Source: Girardia tigrina (taxonomy: Eukaryota). Taken from it: a stretch of DNA of 64,000 nt. The first letter of the stretch is position 1. Every line of letters begins with the position of its first letter. Below, piece after piece: positions 37,709-52,725 of the stretch. A model generated the notes under the pieces. It saw only the letters and a program-made list of their open reading frames with translations. It did not search any database and was not told the DNA's origin. Both the position numbers and the translations under genes were made by a program. Location: the NCBI GenBank assembly GCA_001938485.1, contig MQRK01226361.1:54712-118711 (forward strand). Direction: 5' to 3'.

Positions 37709-40700
37709 TAATAGATAAAAAAAGTGGTTTATTCTAAAATAAGTTTTAATTTAAAATTTTTAATCACACATATTGTGCAATAAAAACTCAATCAAAGTGA
37801 ATTTATTGCTTCAGATGAGCATAGAAGATTACTTCTGCATAGTGTTAGACTATAATACTATAATGAACATGTTTACCTGGCGGAGCTACATCTAGACAAG
37901 TTCACCCCCAAGATAAACCAAGAAATGATTGAAAATGCAAAAATATTTTAGACATTTTAAGAGGTACCTTGAAGACACACAATCCATACATGTTTACCTA
38001 CATTTGCAGAACAGACTTAATATCATTAATAAGTGTGGTTACTCTTCATATTCAGTCAATAAAATATTTAAATGGAGATTTTTGTACTTAACAGTGTTAT
38101 TTTCATTATTTTTAACCAACACGAAACTTATTAATTAATTTTAGTTTGATTTGGATGTTTCCCCTCCAATTCGGATAACATTTAAAATACTTTTCCTTTC
38201 ATTTGAAACAAGTGATGGAAGGCGATAAAAAATTTAAAATTGATTATTAAATATTCATCATAACTCTGAAAGTAGGCAGTCTTATTACATTAATGGAAGG
38301 ATGAACCAGTTTTATACTCGATAAATATTAAGTACTTACTGAATGCTCTCAGATACAATAAAATGAAGTTCATAATAGAAAAATAATATGTATTCCATTA
38401 AAATTTTTGTTAAATATAGAGAGAATATTAATCCTCAAAAGATTATATCAAGAAAATATTTTAATATTATCGTGAATGAAATTTCTCTCGAAAAATACAT
38501 AAGTCAAAAAAATTAGTTTTTCAGTAGACAAAAAATTGTTTAAAAATCCTGATTTATTAGGATTTACATAATGAGTGATTGTTTTACCGTCTTTTGTAAT
38601 AACAGATTGTTTTAAATTACTATACATCTAGATCTTTCACATTCAATGAATCTAGAAATGCCAAAAATCTTTTTCGGACTTATGAAGTATTGATTCGAGA
38701 CTATTGAAATAACATTTAAACGATCGCTAGGCGATTATTATATTAAAAATTTTAATCTCGTAATTTTCATTTGTGGGTAAATAAATTTTTCGTCCAACAA
38801 AAACAGAAAAAAACCAACGACAATACAAGATTCTATTGCAATCCTCTGAACTATCAACAATAATAGAAATCGTTTCTCTAACATTTTTATATTTTTAATC
38901 CTTAATTCATATTCCAACTACCATATTTTGGTGCCAAAATATAGATTCAAAATTAGAAGTTGAAAAAACTAACAACATCAATTCAAAATATTCGAGTCAG
39001 TATTATCCTTTATCAGAATTGAGAAGTCACTGATTACTAAACAATCAGTTTATCCAAGTAACTTTTTTTCTAATATCTCCTACACGAACTCTTTTCTCGT
39101 TAAAATTAGTAAAAATCAGAATTTTTGTCTTATTTTATATCTATCCGTTAAATTTGTTAATATTTTATTAATTAATATCATATTATATCATAATTATATT
39201 AATATCATATTGTTTACTGATATATTTCCTTTTGCGCCTTTTTCTTCAAAGTGAAGTGATATATCATTTATAATATCCGTGATACAGCAAGTTATTTTTA
39301 CAATATTATTTGGATATTTATAGTGTTAATAATTAAAGTACGATGAGCTATAAGGAAAAGAATAAAACATTTCTGACCTATTTATTATGTATAAGAACTT
39401 TAGAGCTATAAGAACAATAATAGAAAATTGATCTTTTAGCAAACTTTATAAAACTCCAGAAAGTTATATTATTAGATTTCTCATGTCAATTGTACTGATG
39501 TCAATTGCTGCAATTATGCATGAAAGAAATAGCAACTCATCTGCCTTCTGGAACGGTTGTGTAAGTATTTTACTTGCGTGAATATCTACATTTATATCGT
39601 GTACAGACAGAATTATGTATATTAAAAAAAGTAAAACTGCTTTTCAAAATAATAACTTACATCTACGATGTCAAGTTTACATTTTTTTCATTTGAACTAT
39701 TCCTCAACTAAAATCTTAATAGAAACCTTTCTAGTACATATGTTTTATTATTATTTCAATAAATGTATTTAAATTAAAATTAAAGGCTAAAATATCATTG
39801 CATATAATTAAAAAAACTAATAAAATAATTCTATTAATTTAACATTAATAAAATTAATCTTAGACTTAGAAAATCATCTAAAATTAGTTGAATTAAGAAA
39901 TATTACGAATGATGTTTCTTTAATTATTTATAAAAAATTTTCCGTAAAACATTTTCAAATATCAGATATTTTTTTAAAATAGATTGGTTATCCATCTATT
40001 CAATGTAATTTCATATGTTATGTCGAATTCGCATATTCAGCAACCCATCTGACAAATTCATAAATTAGTCAAAATCTTTGCAGATTTCATGAAGTAGGAA
40101 ACCGACTTGCCTAATTCAAGAACTCTGCAATATTTTTAAACTATTTTTTAATTAAAAAATTAAAAATCTGCATTTAATATGAAAAAATATCAATTTAATA
40201 TGTAAAAATATGTATTTAATATGATAAAATATCAATTTAATATGAAAACTTATGTATTTAATGAAAAAAATATCGCTCTTAATATGTTTAATTTTCTAAT
40301 TTAAACGTTAGATAAATTATTAGTTTTATTAAAAGTAATGAATTCACTTTTATATGCATTTGTCTCTTCATATGTTTAATATTTTATTTTATATGCATAA
40401 AAATAAAATTTGATGCACTATATTATATATGTATATAATTTGTGTAGTGGCCAAATTCGTGAATTCTGCAACAGAGCTGAAATGGTGTAATTACGGAATT
40501 CATGAACTAGCAATTTTTTTGCCGAAAAATAATAAAATTACTGTTTTATCGAATTTTCTTATAACAAAACTAGATTGTTTTTTTTCCAAAATTGAAATTT
40601 AGCCGTAGATTAAATATTAACTTCTTTATACTTTCTTTTTATTAGACTTTAATGTCTGCGAAGATGTAATGCTTTTTTCGAAACAATTTTCTCTAATTTT

Positions 40701-40785
40701 TCATAGGAAATACTGTACCACCATTTTAAATAATTCTCCATTTCAGAATCATTATCAGAAAATAACATTAATTCACTCTCTCTTT

Positions 40786-40859
40786 ATATATATATATATA
40801 TATATATATNNNNNNNNNNNNNNNNNNNNNNNNNNNNNNNNNNNNNNNNNNNNNNNNNN

Positions 40860-40906
<47 letters not shown>
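40786..40906. repeat. (TA)n microsatellite spanning a gap
   Basis: Direct reading. Similar tracts occur at 3874-3905, 16273-16316 and 21274-21352. Confidence 0.95.
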
Positions 40907-40910
<4 letters not shown>

Positions 40911-42179
40911 TAATTTTAATGATAATTCTTTCCTACATTTAATTTTTATTAATTAGAAAATTACCATATCATTTCTTTCCATTGTATTTATATCTTTAAA
41001 TTACATCAAATATGTAAGAGCAAAACAGTTGTGCTCAACTGTATCAGCTTTATAAAAAAACAGCTCATAAAATCTAATTTACAAAATGATTCATTTAATT
41101 CGATAATCAAATTACTTATCGAATTTGATCCCTTCGACTCTCTAAAAATATCATTTTTACGCAATACATTTAACGTGATATTATTAATATTAAATAAAAA
41201 TTAAATTGCATAAAAAATACACGTTCAATGATTACTATTTTACGAAATGAAATAAATTGAATTTCTAACACAAGCCTGTTAGAACATTAGTACAGACATG
41301 GTCAACAATTTTTAGCCCCTGGCCGTTTTGGAAAATAATTTTTTCACGGACCGGAAGAAAGATTAAAATTAAAAAATATAATATAATATTTTATTATGAA
41401 TTTTTTATGAATAAATCAGAGTAATTCAGTACACAAAGTTAACAAAAAATTAGTGTGGCATATTGAGGTGCTTTGTATCGCATAATGTGTTCTGGCTCGA
41501 AATTACTAAATATTTTTCAATAGGTTCCTTTTATATTTTCAAACCATCCATTATTAAGTTCCTTATAAAAATTTGTACGAATTATCTTGCTCTTCTATAT
41601 TTTATGTAAAAAAGTGCACGCAATAGATACTAGACTCGGCGAGAAATAGTTACTTCATAAAATTGATATTATAAATGATTATACTTAAATATATGTATAT
41701 AAAGAAAAGCGGTTTTGTTTTTTAAACTACTTATATATTTAAAGAACTTGCGATATTTCTTTATTTCGAAAGAACATTTAATATAACTTTGGAATTTGAA
41801 GTGTTATAAAATCTTTTACTTTTGAAGAAATGTAGCAGCCAAGAAATTGTCATACAACTGCAAGAAATTTACAACTGGATTCAATTATCAATTACTTTGG
41901 AAAAATAACGAAAGAAAAAAATAAAAAATAAAAACCTTGTTGATTTATATAATAAAAATATTAGTTTTTTGTCATTTTTACAAAAAAAACTTCGTAAAAA
42001 TAAAGCAAATTTTTTTTATCTTAAAAACAATTAATAAAAAATAAACTATAAAGAAGAAAAGATAAATTTTATAAATTATTGTTCATTATAATGTAAGATT
42101 CAATGCAATTCCTTTTAAATAATCGATTTTATTATTCCGATCATATCTGTTTACTATTGAAAGAAATCTTGCATTTAAA

Positions 42180-42480
42180 ATAACATTTATGCGACGTGAC
42201 GCTTGTAAACTGTGCCCAGACATCACTTGAATATAATGTGTACTTTTGCAATGCTTTTTAAGATAATTTAAAAATTCTCAAATTGTTGAATTTCTGTACT
42301 CAATGTTTGCTTGAAAAGAATTGTACCACCTTTCTACTGCATTATCTGTCTTTGGTATTTCATTTTCATCTCGATTGAACATATTCCATAATCTTATTGG
42401 AAATAAAGGAACTTTTAGCTAAAGGTCGTCCTATATAACATTCTTCAAAGTAATCAAGAATTGACATAGTCTTCCTAGGT
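42180..42480 (-). mobile_element. MULE transposase fragment
   Basis: ILDYFEECYIGR..PLFPIRLWNMFNR..PKTDNAVERWYNSF matches the MULE RTNNxxEGWH region. Confidence 0.75.
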
Positions 42481-43554
42481 CATTAAAAGCATCAACTTAA
42501 TGCGCTTAAAACTTTTTTTAACTAATGAATTTTTTTAAAAAAATATTGTTATACGCGTGCTTAACAAAAAATTTCTATTTTTTAGAAAACCTTAACAAAA
42601 TAAGAAAAGTACACATTTATCATTATTTATTGTAGTAAAAAAGATAACAGTAATATTTTTAATTTTTTTTAATTCTACTTTCTTTAAACAAAAGTATTTT
42701 TTCACTTATATAGTTTTTTTATAAGTAAAATTATTATATTATAGTATTTTATTAATTAAAAGAAAAGAAAAGCTTATATTTATGATCTGATAGAAACTTA
42801 ACTGGGGAGATATTGTACTAGAACCGACAATGGTAAAGTGCGTGAAAGTTGGTGGAGGTTAAGAAAAAACCTAGACTAATTGCTTGTTTAATGTTATGAT
42901 TTTGAATAACATCGGTTAATAATTTTAGGTCAAGTCTAAATAATTATTTGGTGCATCACGAACATTATAGATAATACAAATGTACCTTTAATTAAAAGAA
43001 ATATCACCCAATACACATAATATAATTTTAAAATATTATTTCTTTGAAAATTATTAATTTTTAAAGAGTTATAAAATTTTTCAGTTATAAATATGTTAAA
43101 ATTTAGATTAAATAATTAATAATTTTAAATATTAATAATTTTAATATATTGATCAGCTATCTGAGTGGGAGACAACTGTAAAACGATATACAACATTCAA
43201 ACACAATTTTTTAAAATATTCATCAAATTATAATTATGTTTTATAATAATTATTATTTTAAAAATAAACTCCTAATCATTTTTTAATGTAAATAATTATT
43301 TTCAGTATTAATCATTGATAATAACTGCTCTAGTTACACATATTAAAACTGATTCACTTCAAACTTAACTATATTTGTAGCAAAATCTTCTCAATTCACA
43401 GAATAAAATAACCAAAAGTAACAATCGAAAATATCAATAATTGAATTATTTTAAAAATTATGTTGGATTTAAATCTTAGCAATATTTGAGGTATTGATAA
43501 AATAATAAATATTGTAAAACAAAAGATATGCCATTTCAAAATATATTTTTTGTA

Positions 43555-44600
43555 ACAATATATTTCGACGGTTTTTATTGCTTAGATATGAAATTGATGA
43601 TTGTGTAATCTATTACATAAAATTAATCGAAAACTCTCTACAAATTGGTTGAGTGCCGATTGAACATTAATTTTAGGGTCACGAGATCTTATTAACAAAG
43701 CTTTACACGACAATCTTCCAATAATTTTTAAAATGCTTGCACAGAATTTTGAAATTATTTATACTCAAATCACATTTTAAAGTTTTCCTATGCTCAGCAA
43801 TATTACTCTTACCCACTCTATAAGCGTGTTCTTTGACTCGTTTGCAGAGATGACGGACAGTCTCTTCAATATATGTGGCATTGCAGCCATTACACATATA
43901 CTGATAAACCACGCCCGAACAAAAACTCAAAGGAGTTGGTGATTTATTACAAAACATATTTTCAACTTTTAATGACTGAGAAATGATTTTTAAATTAAAA
44001 AGATTATTTGTTGCTTTAAGAATAGAATTCTTTAGATGTTTGAAACCTTCAGAATAAGGTAAGCTCAATATGTAACCCGATATGAAATAATTTTCTATCT
44101 TAAGATCCTTCTCGACTTTATCCTTTACTTTTTCATCCGAAGGTGAATTAATTGTCTCGTTAGACTGAGCAGTCTAAATTCGTTCTCTTTCAATTATTTT
44201 GTCTTAAGTGTCGCGAGTGAGTTTCTCAATAAAAGACTTATAATACCTATTGTTATTCAACCACTTACTCAATGTTCCAATACTTTTATTAGATTTAGTA
44301 TAAATCTTGAAACGGTATTTTTCAATTTCTTTCCTCCTCCACTATAAATACAATATTTGGATGAATTGAATCCATGTATCGTAGAAACGGAGACACATTT
44401 AAAGACCAGAAAAACGTCATTAACATATCTTTTATAACAAAGGCTTAATATCCGAATACAATTCTATTTTACTTTCAACTGATGAAAGAAATATGGATGC
44501 TAATGTTAGTGCCAATGGTGAACCCATTTGGACCCCATCTATTTGCATATATACCATTCACCATTAAACAAAAATGAACATTTTGATGTATAAAAATCTT
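43555..44600 (-). mobile_element. Penelope-like retroelement remnant (RT + GIY-YIG endonuclease)
   Basis: FLFNGEWYMQIDGVQMGSPLA..RYVNDVF (RT). LPY..GVVYQYMCNGCNATYIEETVRHLCKRVKEH (GIY-YIG, ORF 43703-44068). Confidence 0.9.
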
Positions 44601-45167
44601 TATTAATTTAAAATAAAATAAAGATTTACTTCTTTACCAATTTTAATTTATCAGTTTATAAAATTATCTTTTACTTCAACTTTATCTTTGTTGGACTGGT
44701 ATTACAAAATCAAGTGATCCCTCAAATTGTGGTTCAGAAATAAAAAAAATATTACGAAATATTTAAACCATTTCTACTGTTAAAAATTGAAAGGCAAAGC
44801 TTTTACAAAATAAGACATGAACATGAATAATTAAATCCTAGGACAATAAGAGTGATATCAAAGATTCAGGATGTCTGAATAGATATCGTTGCATTGACCT
44901 TTCTAAACCAAATAAAAAAATATTCCGTTTATATAAAGTATCTACTTAATTGTATTTTTAATCAAATAAGCTAACGAAATAATGTAATGATAAAATATTT
45001 TAGGCCTAAATGAAAAATAATATTATAAAGAATTATAGACCAATATTTCTTCGGTACATTTTGCTTTTTAACTTGTTGATATAAAAATCGACGTGATTTA
45101 TTATCAAAATATTTATTATATGAAAAAATATTTATTATCAAAAAATGACATAGATTCACAAATATTT

Positions 45168-46373
45168 TTACATGATATACTGTCCATTATTTTCAATCAC
45201 TTTCTTCCACCTTTCCGGTAGCTTCATTATTCCTGATTCATAAAAACCTTTGCCTTTGTCAACAAAAAAGCCGTCTAGGAACGATTTGATGTCATCATCA
45301 CTGACGAATGTTTTTCTGTTTAAGGAATTCTGCAGTGATCTAAATAAGTGAAAATCCGATGGGGCCAAGTCTGGAGAATACGGTTGGTGCGGCAAAACCT
45401 CCCAATCCAGTGATAAGAGTTTCTGGTGAGTGGTCAAACTTGTATGCGGTCTTGCGTTATCATGCTGAATTACAACTCCTTTTCAATTTGCCAATTCAGG
45501 ACGTTCCTGTTGAATTGAATGAACCAATTTCTCCAGCTCACCATAATATCTGTCTGAATTGATAGTTTCATTCCTCGGAAGGAGTTCAAAAAACACAATT
45601 CCTTTAAAATCCCACCAGACGGAAAGCATAACCTTCTTTTGGTGAATTTCTGCTTTTGGGATCGTTTTGGCAGGCTCACCACGTTTTGTCCATGATCGTC
45701 GGCATTCCACATTGTTGTAAACAATCCATTTTTCGTCACCCGTAATCAAGTGCTTCAAAAATGGATCCCTTTGTTCTCGCTTCAAAAGGGAATCGCAAAT
45801 GTTTATACGTTTCACCAAATGAATTTCTTTCAGTTCATGTGGTAACCACATATCGAGTTTACTGACGAAATCAAGTTTCTTTAAATGACTTCCAACACTT
45901 GATTTTGATATTTCCAGAGTCTCTGCAACTTCTCTTGTCGTCATATGTGGATTAGATTTGATCAGTGCTGTTATTTTTTCGCCATCAACTTCAACTGGTC
46001 GACCGGAGCGTGGTGCATCTTTCAGATGAAATTTTTCAGAACGAAATTTAGAAAACCAGTATTGACACTGTCGAAGTTTTAAGGAATCTCTACCATATAC
46101 AAAACATATCTTCTTATGAGCTTGCACAGTGGTTTTCCCTTTGCGAAAATAATGCAACAAAACATGAAGAATATGCTCATTTTGATTTTCCATTTCGAAT
46201 TGATGGTAAAGTAATAAATTAAAACAAAATGAATTAATATTTTGTATAAACATAGTCTGAAAATTAAGGTTTCAGAATATATAATTGAATTTAAATTTTA
46301 TCACATCGTTTTATATTTTCTAGCTTTTTATTAGGACGTACTCAAAAACGCAATGACTTTTTGGCCAACCCAA
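45168..46373 (-). mobile_element. mellifera-subfamily mariner (Famar1-like), 3' TIR missing
   Basis: TA+TTGGGTTGGCCAAAAAGTCATTGCG TIR. MENQNEH...ITGDEKW...HDNARPH...YSPDLAPSD (DD34D) in one frame from 46193 to 45168 with a single stop at 45483-45485. Confidence 0.95.
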
Positions 46374-47118
46374 TATTACTGAAATTTTAATGTTTTGAAA
46401 TTTACTGTTGTGTACTTTAAAAACCAAGAGCATCTAAAAAGTAAACACTTTCACATGAACTTAAGAACTAAAGTAATTTTGAAAAAAATATAACAAATCT
46501 TACATAAAAAGTAATCAAAAGAGTGTACCATTAATCTCAAACGAGAAGTAAATATGATTGTATTCATGTGTTTCGCTTATATTTGTGTCAATCAGAAGTA
46601 CTTTTTATTCAACATAACTAAACGTTTGTTCAGCAAATAGTTAGATTTTAACAAAAAATCAAAATCGACTTTGTTCTATAAAGTATATTTCAGTTTTAAA
46701 AAAATAAAGTAATAGAACTTATTTGATATTTCAGGATATTCAGTCACTAGTAAATATTCTTAGTGGAACCATGATTTTATCTTTTTCTTTTGTATCTATT
46801 GAAGAATATTTTTGTAAAAGTAATATATAGCATAAGATTTCATGTGTTGAATATAAATCATTTGCTTTAACCGATACAATTGAAACACATTGGTAAAAAA
46901 TTGATTGACATGCTTGAAAACACTTTAAAAGTACTATTTATTTATTCAACTTAAAATTAACACAATGAAAATATCGGCGTTGAAGAGGATTCAATGATTT
47001 TCATATTATTATTATCTTTTAAGTCAACACTGAAAGAAAAGATTTTAATGATGTTTCTTATGAGTATTTAAATGAAATTAAAATATAAATGAAAAAAAAT
47101 TATATTGAAGAAACTTAC

Positions 47119-47654
47119 CTAGCCATAATTTCTCTCAGCAAATGATCCACCTCATCTGCATTTGGTAATTTTACAGGAGGTAAGTGAACTCTACGTTTAT
47201 AGTTTGTAGAAGGATTCTTCGTGCGTTTTGGTTCAGGAACTCGAAACACTCCACTTTCTAATCCATCTTGACTCATTCCATCTAAACTTTTATCTCGTAA
47301 ATCTCGAGTGCTACTAGGTCTAGAACTGATTGATTGGTCTAAGGATGATAAGCTAATGAAGCTTCTAGCAGATAAACTGGATCCGCCACTTTTATTACAA
47401 TTATCCGTTGATTCAATAGGAGAGAAGTCAGAATAGTAAACATAACAATCTTTTTCTATTTTATCTTTGACTGTATTTGAACTTATTGAGGTATGATTTG
47501 AGTTACTTGAAAACAAATTCTGATTTTTACTTCTTGTTTCCATACCATGGCCACAGTTTTGACCAATTAACTTTAACCTAGCCTGGCGACGTTGTTGCAT
47601 TTTTACAATCTGAGTAATGTGTTTTAATCCTGGCCCTTTTTTCTTGTCAAGAAC
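47119..47654 (-). CDS. SINHCAF: SINHCAF/FAM60-like coding exon 2
   Basis: TTTTTCAG acceptor and AG|GTAAGT donor; 536 nt open. Begins VLDKKKGPGLK, aligning with FAM60A VVDARAGPSLK directly after the exon-1 domain. Confidence 0.85.
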
Positions 47655-48163
47655 CTGAAAAAAGTAAATAACCATAAAATAAATAATAACTAGGAAAGCT
47701 ATCTAATATAATATAATACAATAATACACATTTCATTTTTCATATTAAAAATTAATTGATCACGATTTTCAATAAATTATATAATTTTGCCATAAAACAC
47801 GAATGAAAATTATAAACAATATTTATTAAAAATTAATAATTAAAAATTAATTAAAAATTAATAAAAATTTTGAAAATCAAAATGAGATGATGAAAATTAT
47901 TTGTAATTTAAAATTTGTTAGGAACATTTAAAAACCTTTATTTGGTAGAAAACAATTCCAAATACTCAGTGTTGATGAATAAAATATTTGAAAATATTTA
48001 AGATAATGTTAATCGCATTCCGTTTTCTTTCTTTTTATTTATTATTATTCTTATCCACTATTTTCAATTGCATAAATTTGTATTATAAGCTTTTATTATA
48101 AAAATTTTTAGTAAAACAAAGTATAACTTATTAATATTTATTCAGTTTTTAGATAGTATATTA

Positions 48164-48305
48164 CACTGGGTAACAGCCAAAAAATGTCAGGGGTTTCTCG
48201 GCCGATTTAGACTAATTTTGGTGTTCTGAGTCCGAATATCATTTTTATTTTACTCTATCAGGTCAAATTTTTGAAATACACTCATAGCCCTACCTGGCCT
48301 ATATA

Positions 48306-48346
<41 letters not shown>

Positions 48347-49564
48347 CTCCTCCACCACGGGAATCAGTTTACCTCAATCTCTTGTGCACTCCAAACTCTC
48401 AAAGATAAATATGAAGCAGTGAAGTACTTGCTCGACAAAATTCAATATGAGCAACACCAATGAGCAATCTGCGTCGACTTAAAGATGGTTAACTTTCTAC
48501 TTGGTCAGCAGTCCAGGTTCACGAAGTACCCATGCTTTATATGTATGTGAGACAGTCGAGACAGAGCCCAGCACTATGTAAAGAAAGAGTGGCTGGCGCG
48601 AGATCAGTTAGTACCTGAGGCGAGAAACATCATAAACGAACCTCTTGTTGACCGGGAGAAGATATTGATTCCACCACTACACATGAAGCTTAGGTTAATG
48701 AAACAGTTTACGCGCGCTCTGAATAAGGATCGGAGGTGCTTTAACTAACTGTGTCGAGCCTTTCCTCAACTGACCATTGAGAAGCTGAAGGCTGGCATTA
48801 TCGATGGCCCACAGATACAACAGCTCATAAAGGACACAGAGTTCCAAAACTGCATGAACACGCTAGAGTGCGCCGCGTGGAAATCGTTTGTGCAGGGGGT
48901 GAACAACTTCCTGGGGAACACGAAGGCAGCAAATCACACCAGACTCATCAGTAGCATGATAGAGGCCTTCCAAAAACTCAGTTGTTTGATGAGTATAAAG
49001 ATGCACTTTCTGTTCTTACACATGGAAAACTTTCCTGAAAATCTTGGGGCGATGAGCGATGAGCAGGGAGAAAGTTTCCATCAGGACATGTGCCAAATGG
49101 AGGAGAGGTACCAGGGAAGGTGAGACGCAGTCATGATGGCGGACTACTGCTGGTCACTGAAGAGAGACAATCCAGCAGCTGCTCACACACTGGGATCGAA
49201 GAAACACCGATTTATGCCTTGAATTCTTAACTTTTCTGTCACGTACCGCTTATTTTTATATTAATATTATGTATAATTATGCTTATCAAATTTGATGGGC
49301 TAAATAAAAACTGAATGAATTTGGATACGTTGAAAAAATTTGAATTTCTTGAAAAAAACGGGGAAAATTGCCAGGGGTTTCTCAGCTGATGATCCACAGT
49401 AATATTTTTTTAAAGAAAAATCGATTTTTTAAAATTTTCTGTAACAAAAAAACCTGACCTGATTGAGCAAAACCAAGGTCATTTTCGAACTCAGAGCATC
49501 AAAATAAGTCTAATTCAGCTGGATAACCCTGGACAATTTTCAAAAAATATTTTTTTACCCAGTG
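48164..49564 (+). mobile_element. Chapaev3 (CMC superfamily) internally deleted transposon
   Basis: CACTGGG..CCCAGTG ends, ~100-bp TIRs and exact TTA TSD. Transposase relics CVDLKMVNFLLGQQ..TKYPCF, PPLHMKL, DGPQI, MSIKMHFL, SDEQGE.FHQD and MMADYCW. Confidence 0.95.
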
Positions 49565-49841
49565 TTAATAATAATAATAAATAATAATTTTTCAATGGTT
49601 AGATAATGAGAATGGAATTGATAACTTTTAATGTAGTAACTTCCTTTTTAAATTCCTTAATAAAGTAATTTACAATACGAATTTTTTTACCTATTTAAAG
49701 ATTGTTATGTTTCCTTAAAAATGATTTTTCGAAAAGATTTACCTTATTATAAGATGTTGTCCCTCTCGTAAATGTTTTCTTGAAAAATATTATAATAATC
49801 TTTGAGATTGACTATCTTAAATAATAGTCATATAAAGTGTA

Positions 49842-50548
49842 CCCTAATTTACTACAGATTACCCGCATCTCAATTTTCGATCAAATTCCTTTTGAAAATT
49901 AAGTTCCTTGTACTGGCATTATTTTTTGCATAAAAAATGTTTAGTACAAAACTTTTTTACAAAATAATCTTTGTCTAAGTGGCAAGATGCGTCGGGTATC
50001 TTACTCTAGAATTTGTCGATGGATTGTGGATAGTTGGAATTCGATCACTGCTGAATGTATTAAAAATGGTTTTGTTGCATCTATGAGAATAAGAGTTCTG
50101 CTGAAATAGAAGATGGTGAAAGTTGTGCATGGGTAGGAGAAAGTAGCAATACTGGAAGTGATCGGATAGATAGCATTGACCCCATTCCGAATAATATACC
50201 TCTTCTGATCAATTTATTTAAGGATGAATAAGAGGATGAGAATTTTGAAGGATTTTAATTTGTTTAAATCAGAATTCTTTTTATTGAAAATAAAAAGTTT
50301 AGATTGGTTTATATTTGTTTTACATTTGCATATATAATCTGGTGAACTGTTCTTGATACATTTCATTTACTTTTATTTAGTGTAAAAATTTTACCATGTA
50401 AGTATTTCAAAATTTAAATTAAATTAACTTTAAATTAATTAACTTCAAAAATTAAATTTTGTGCCATGTATAACCCGCAACCATAAGTTTTCCGAAAAAG
50501 TCGTCTTTTTCCACCGTATTACCCGCGGGTTATCCACAGTAATTAAGG
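49842..50548 (+). mobile_element. pogo/Tigger-like deletion derivative
   Basis: TA-flanked TIRs (CC(C/T)TAATT..ACCCGC). Relic ICRWIVDSWNSITAECIKNGF plus an acidic tail. Confidence 0.75.
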
Positions 50549-52725
50549 TAATAAAAATTATTCAATGTTTACATTTTTACAGTTTTTAATATTTTTCAAT
50601 TTCCAGATGCAATATTAATATTAAAGAACAATTTTACTTGTTTAACAATTAAACCAGGTTTAGTCACAATTGCATATTATAGTAATCCAAAAAAATATAA
50701 ATTAAGAAACTAAGGGATTAATTGAAAATATAATTCAGATGTGATAAAATGTTGAATTATGAAACACAATCTGATGAACGATATATGTTTATACTTTCGT
50801 GAAACAAACTTTACTTTTTTATAATTTAAAAAAATAATATTAATTAATTAAAAATAAAATTTAACTCAAACAATAAACTAATATTAATAAGATTTGTATA
50901 AAAAACAATTTAAATTTTAATGAAACAAATTTCAATAAACTTAATAAAAGATACATTACAAAATTGTAACATTAATCTCAATAAAATATAAATAAAAATC
51001 CCTGTATTGGTTATAATTTAAAAGATCCATATGAAAAATTCATTAATTATTTTTTTATTAAATTTAAAAATATCAATTCTTCTATTGTTAATGTAATCAT
51101 CAAATAAGAATTGTTTATGGAAACCTTTTCTTTTTTTCACCTTTCTTCTTTTTAAGTAATACTTGAATTTTATTAATAAATGATAAACAATGTATTGAGT
51201 AAGATACTCGTTTTTGGAAAAAAATATATTTATGGTATATAGATATGTACAGAATGTTTTCATTTCATTGCTTTGTAAATTGCGAATTCATTTCTCTGTA
51301 TTGTTTGGTCTTGCAAAAAACAACAATTGCTGGAAATATCGATAATCATCTTATTTTCTTAAACCCTTTCTGGGATAAATGAACAATCTACAATGGTTAA
51401 AAACTCGTGTCTACTTTTGGGAATTTCTATCATGATTGTTTTAATGGCATTATTTAGCATTAATTCATCCACTTTAACAGCTGAATCTAGATAATCTAAT
51501 ATAATAATTATTTTTTTCAAATTATAATTCTTAAAATGACTATCTTTAAATACCAATCCTTAATTATCCCTTAACTATAATACTAAATGAACAACCTTTA
51601 TTGTTATCAATAGTAAACAATAGTAATAATAATCAAAAGTATAGTGAAGGAAAAGTGAGACCATTTTTAGGAACATCTAAAACTCACAAAATGTGATTAA
51701 TATCTAACAGGTAGTGAGATTTAGTTAAAGCATTAAATTATAATTCATGAATCTAAAGTAATAGTTTTTTAACACTGGATAGTTTTAAAAAATGTATTTG
51801 CAATGTAAATACATTGTATCGGTTTAAGGGAGTCCTTGCGAAAATAACCACAATTGGCAGTCTAATACTGTGAGGTGTCTAAGAAACTTAAAAAGATTTA
51901 AGACATAAAATTTTTATAATTTCATAATTAAAATAGCTTTCTATTTTTTTAGTTTCCAAAGATATACTTTATATTTTCAAAATTTGCAATTAATGTAATC
52001 TAAGAAGTTAATTTAACAGATATAAATCTCGGAATTTAGTAGAATTATTTTATTTTTACATGAAATGAATTACGGAAAAATTGACGCAGAAAATCAACAC
52101 AAAACCATTAGGTTTTATCATTTGCATAGGTAATTATCAAAATTAAATGAATGAATAAAGTTAGAAAGATTATTATATTATTAGTTATTTATATATGCAA
52201 AACAAATCAAACCAGAATCATCAGCAAAATGCAAGTAATAAATTAAAATCAACAGTGAACATCAATCAAAAACGAATTTAATAAACTTGAATTGCTTAAA
52301 GAAAAATCCCTGACATATTTTTCATAAAACTATGATACATTTCATAATATCTAGTTGAAAATCTTATCAAAATAATTTTACAAATTGTTTCTTTTTTTAC
52401 TTCTTCGTGCGGAATTAATTTCAATGAGATCAAATGAGTCATTTTTATTTAAATAGTTGCAGAACTATAGAATCACAAATGGTAACACAAATGCTGTCAA
52501 ACTGGTTTGCCCTGACAATAAGAATTTTGTTCGAAACTTGAGTACACTATATACATTATTATTTAGTCCAGTTTTAGGAATCAACATTTATAATCATTTT
52601 CTGATAGTATCTGAACCAGTTACGACAATTTCAATATTATTTTCAACACACTTTCTGTTCCAAATAATTTTGTAAGTACGACCAGTTATATAATTCAATA
52701 CAATTATCAGGTATAAAAATGGTTA

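Noticed and set aside
50771-50815. CTGATGA-ACGA..TCGT-GAAAC hammerhead-like string
   Set aside because: Helix III and helix I cannot form properly; likely chance.
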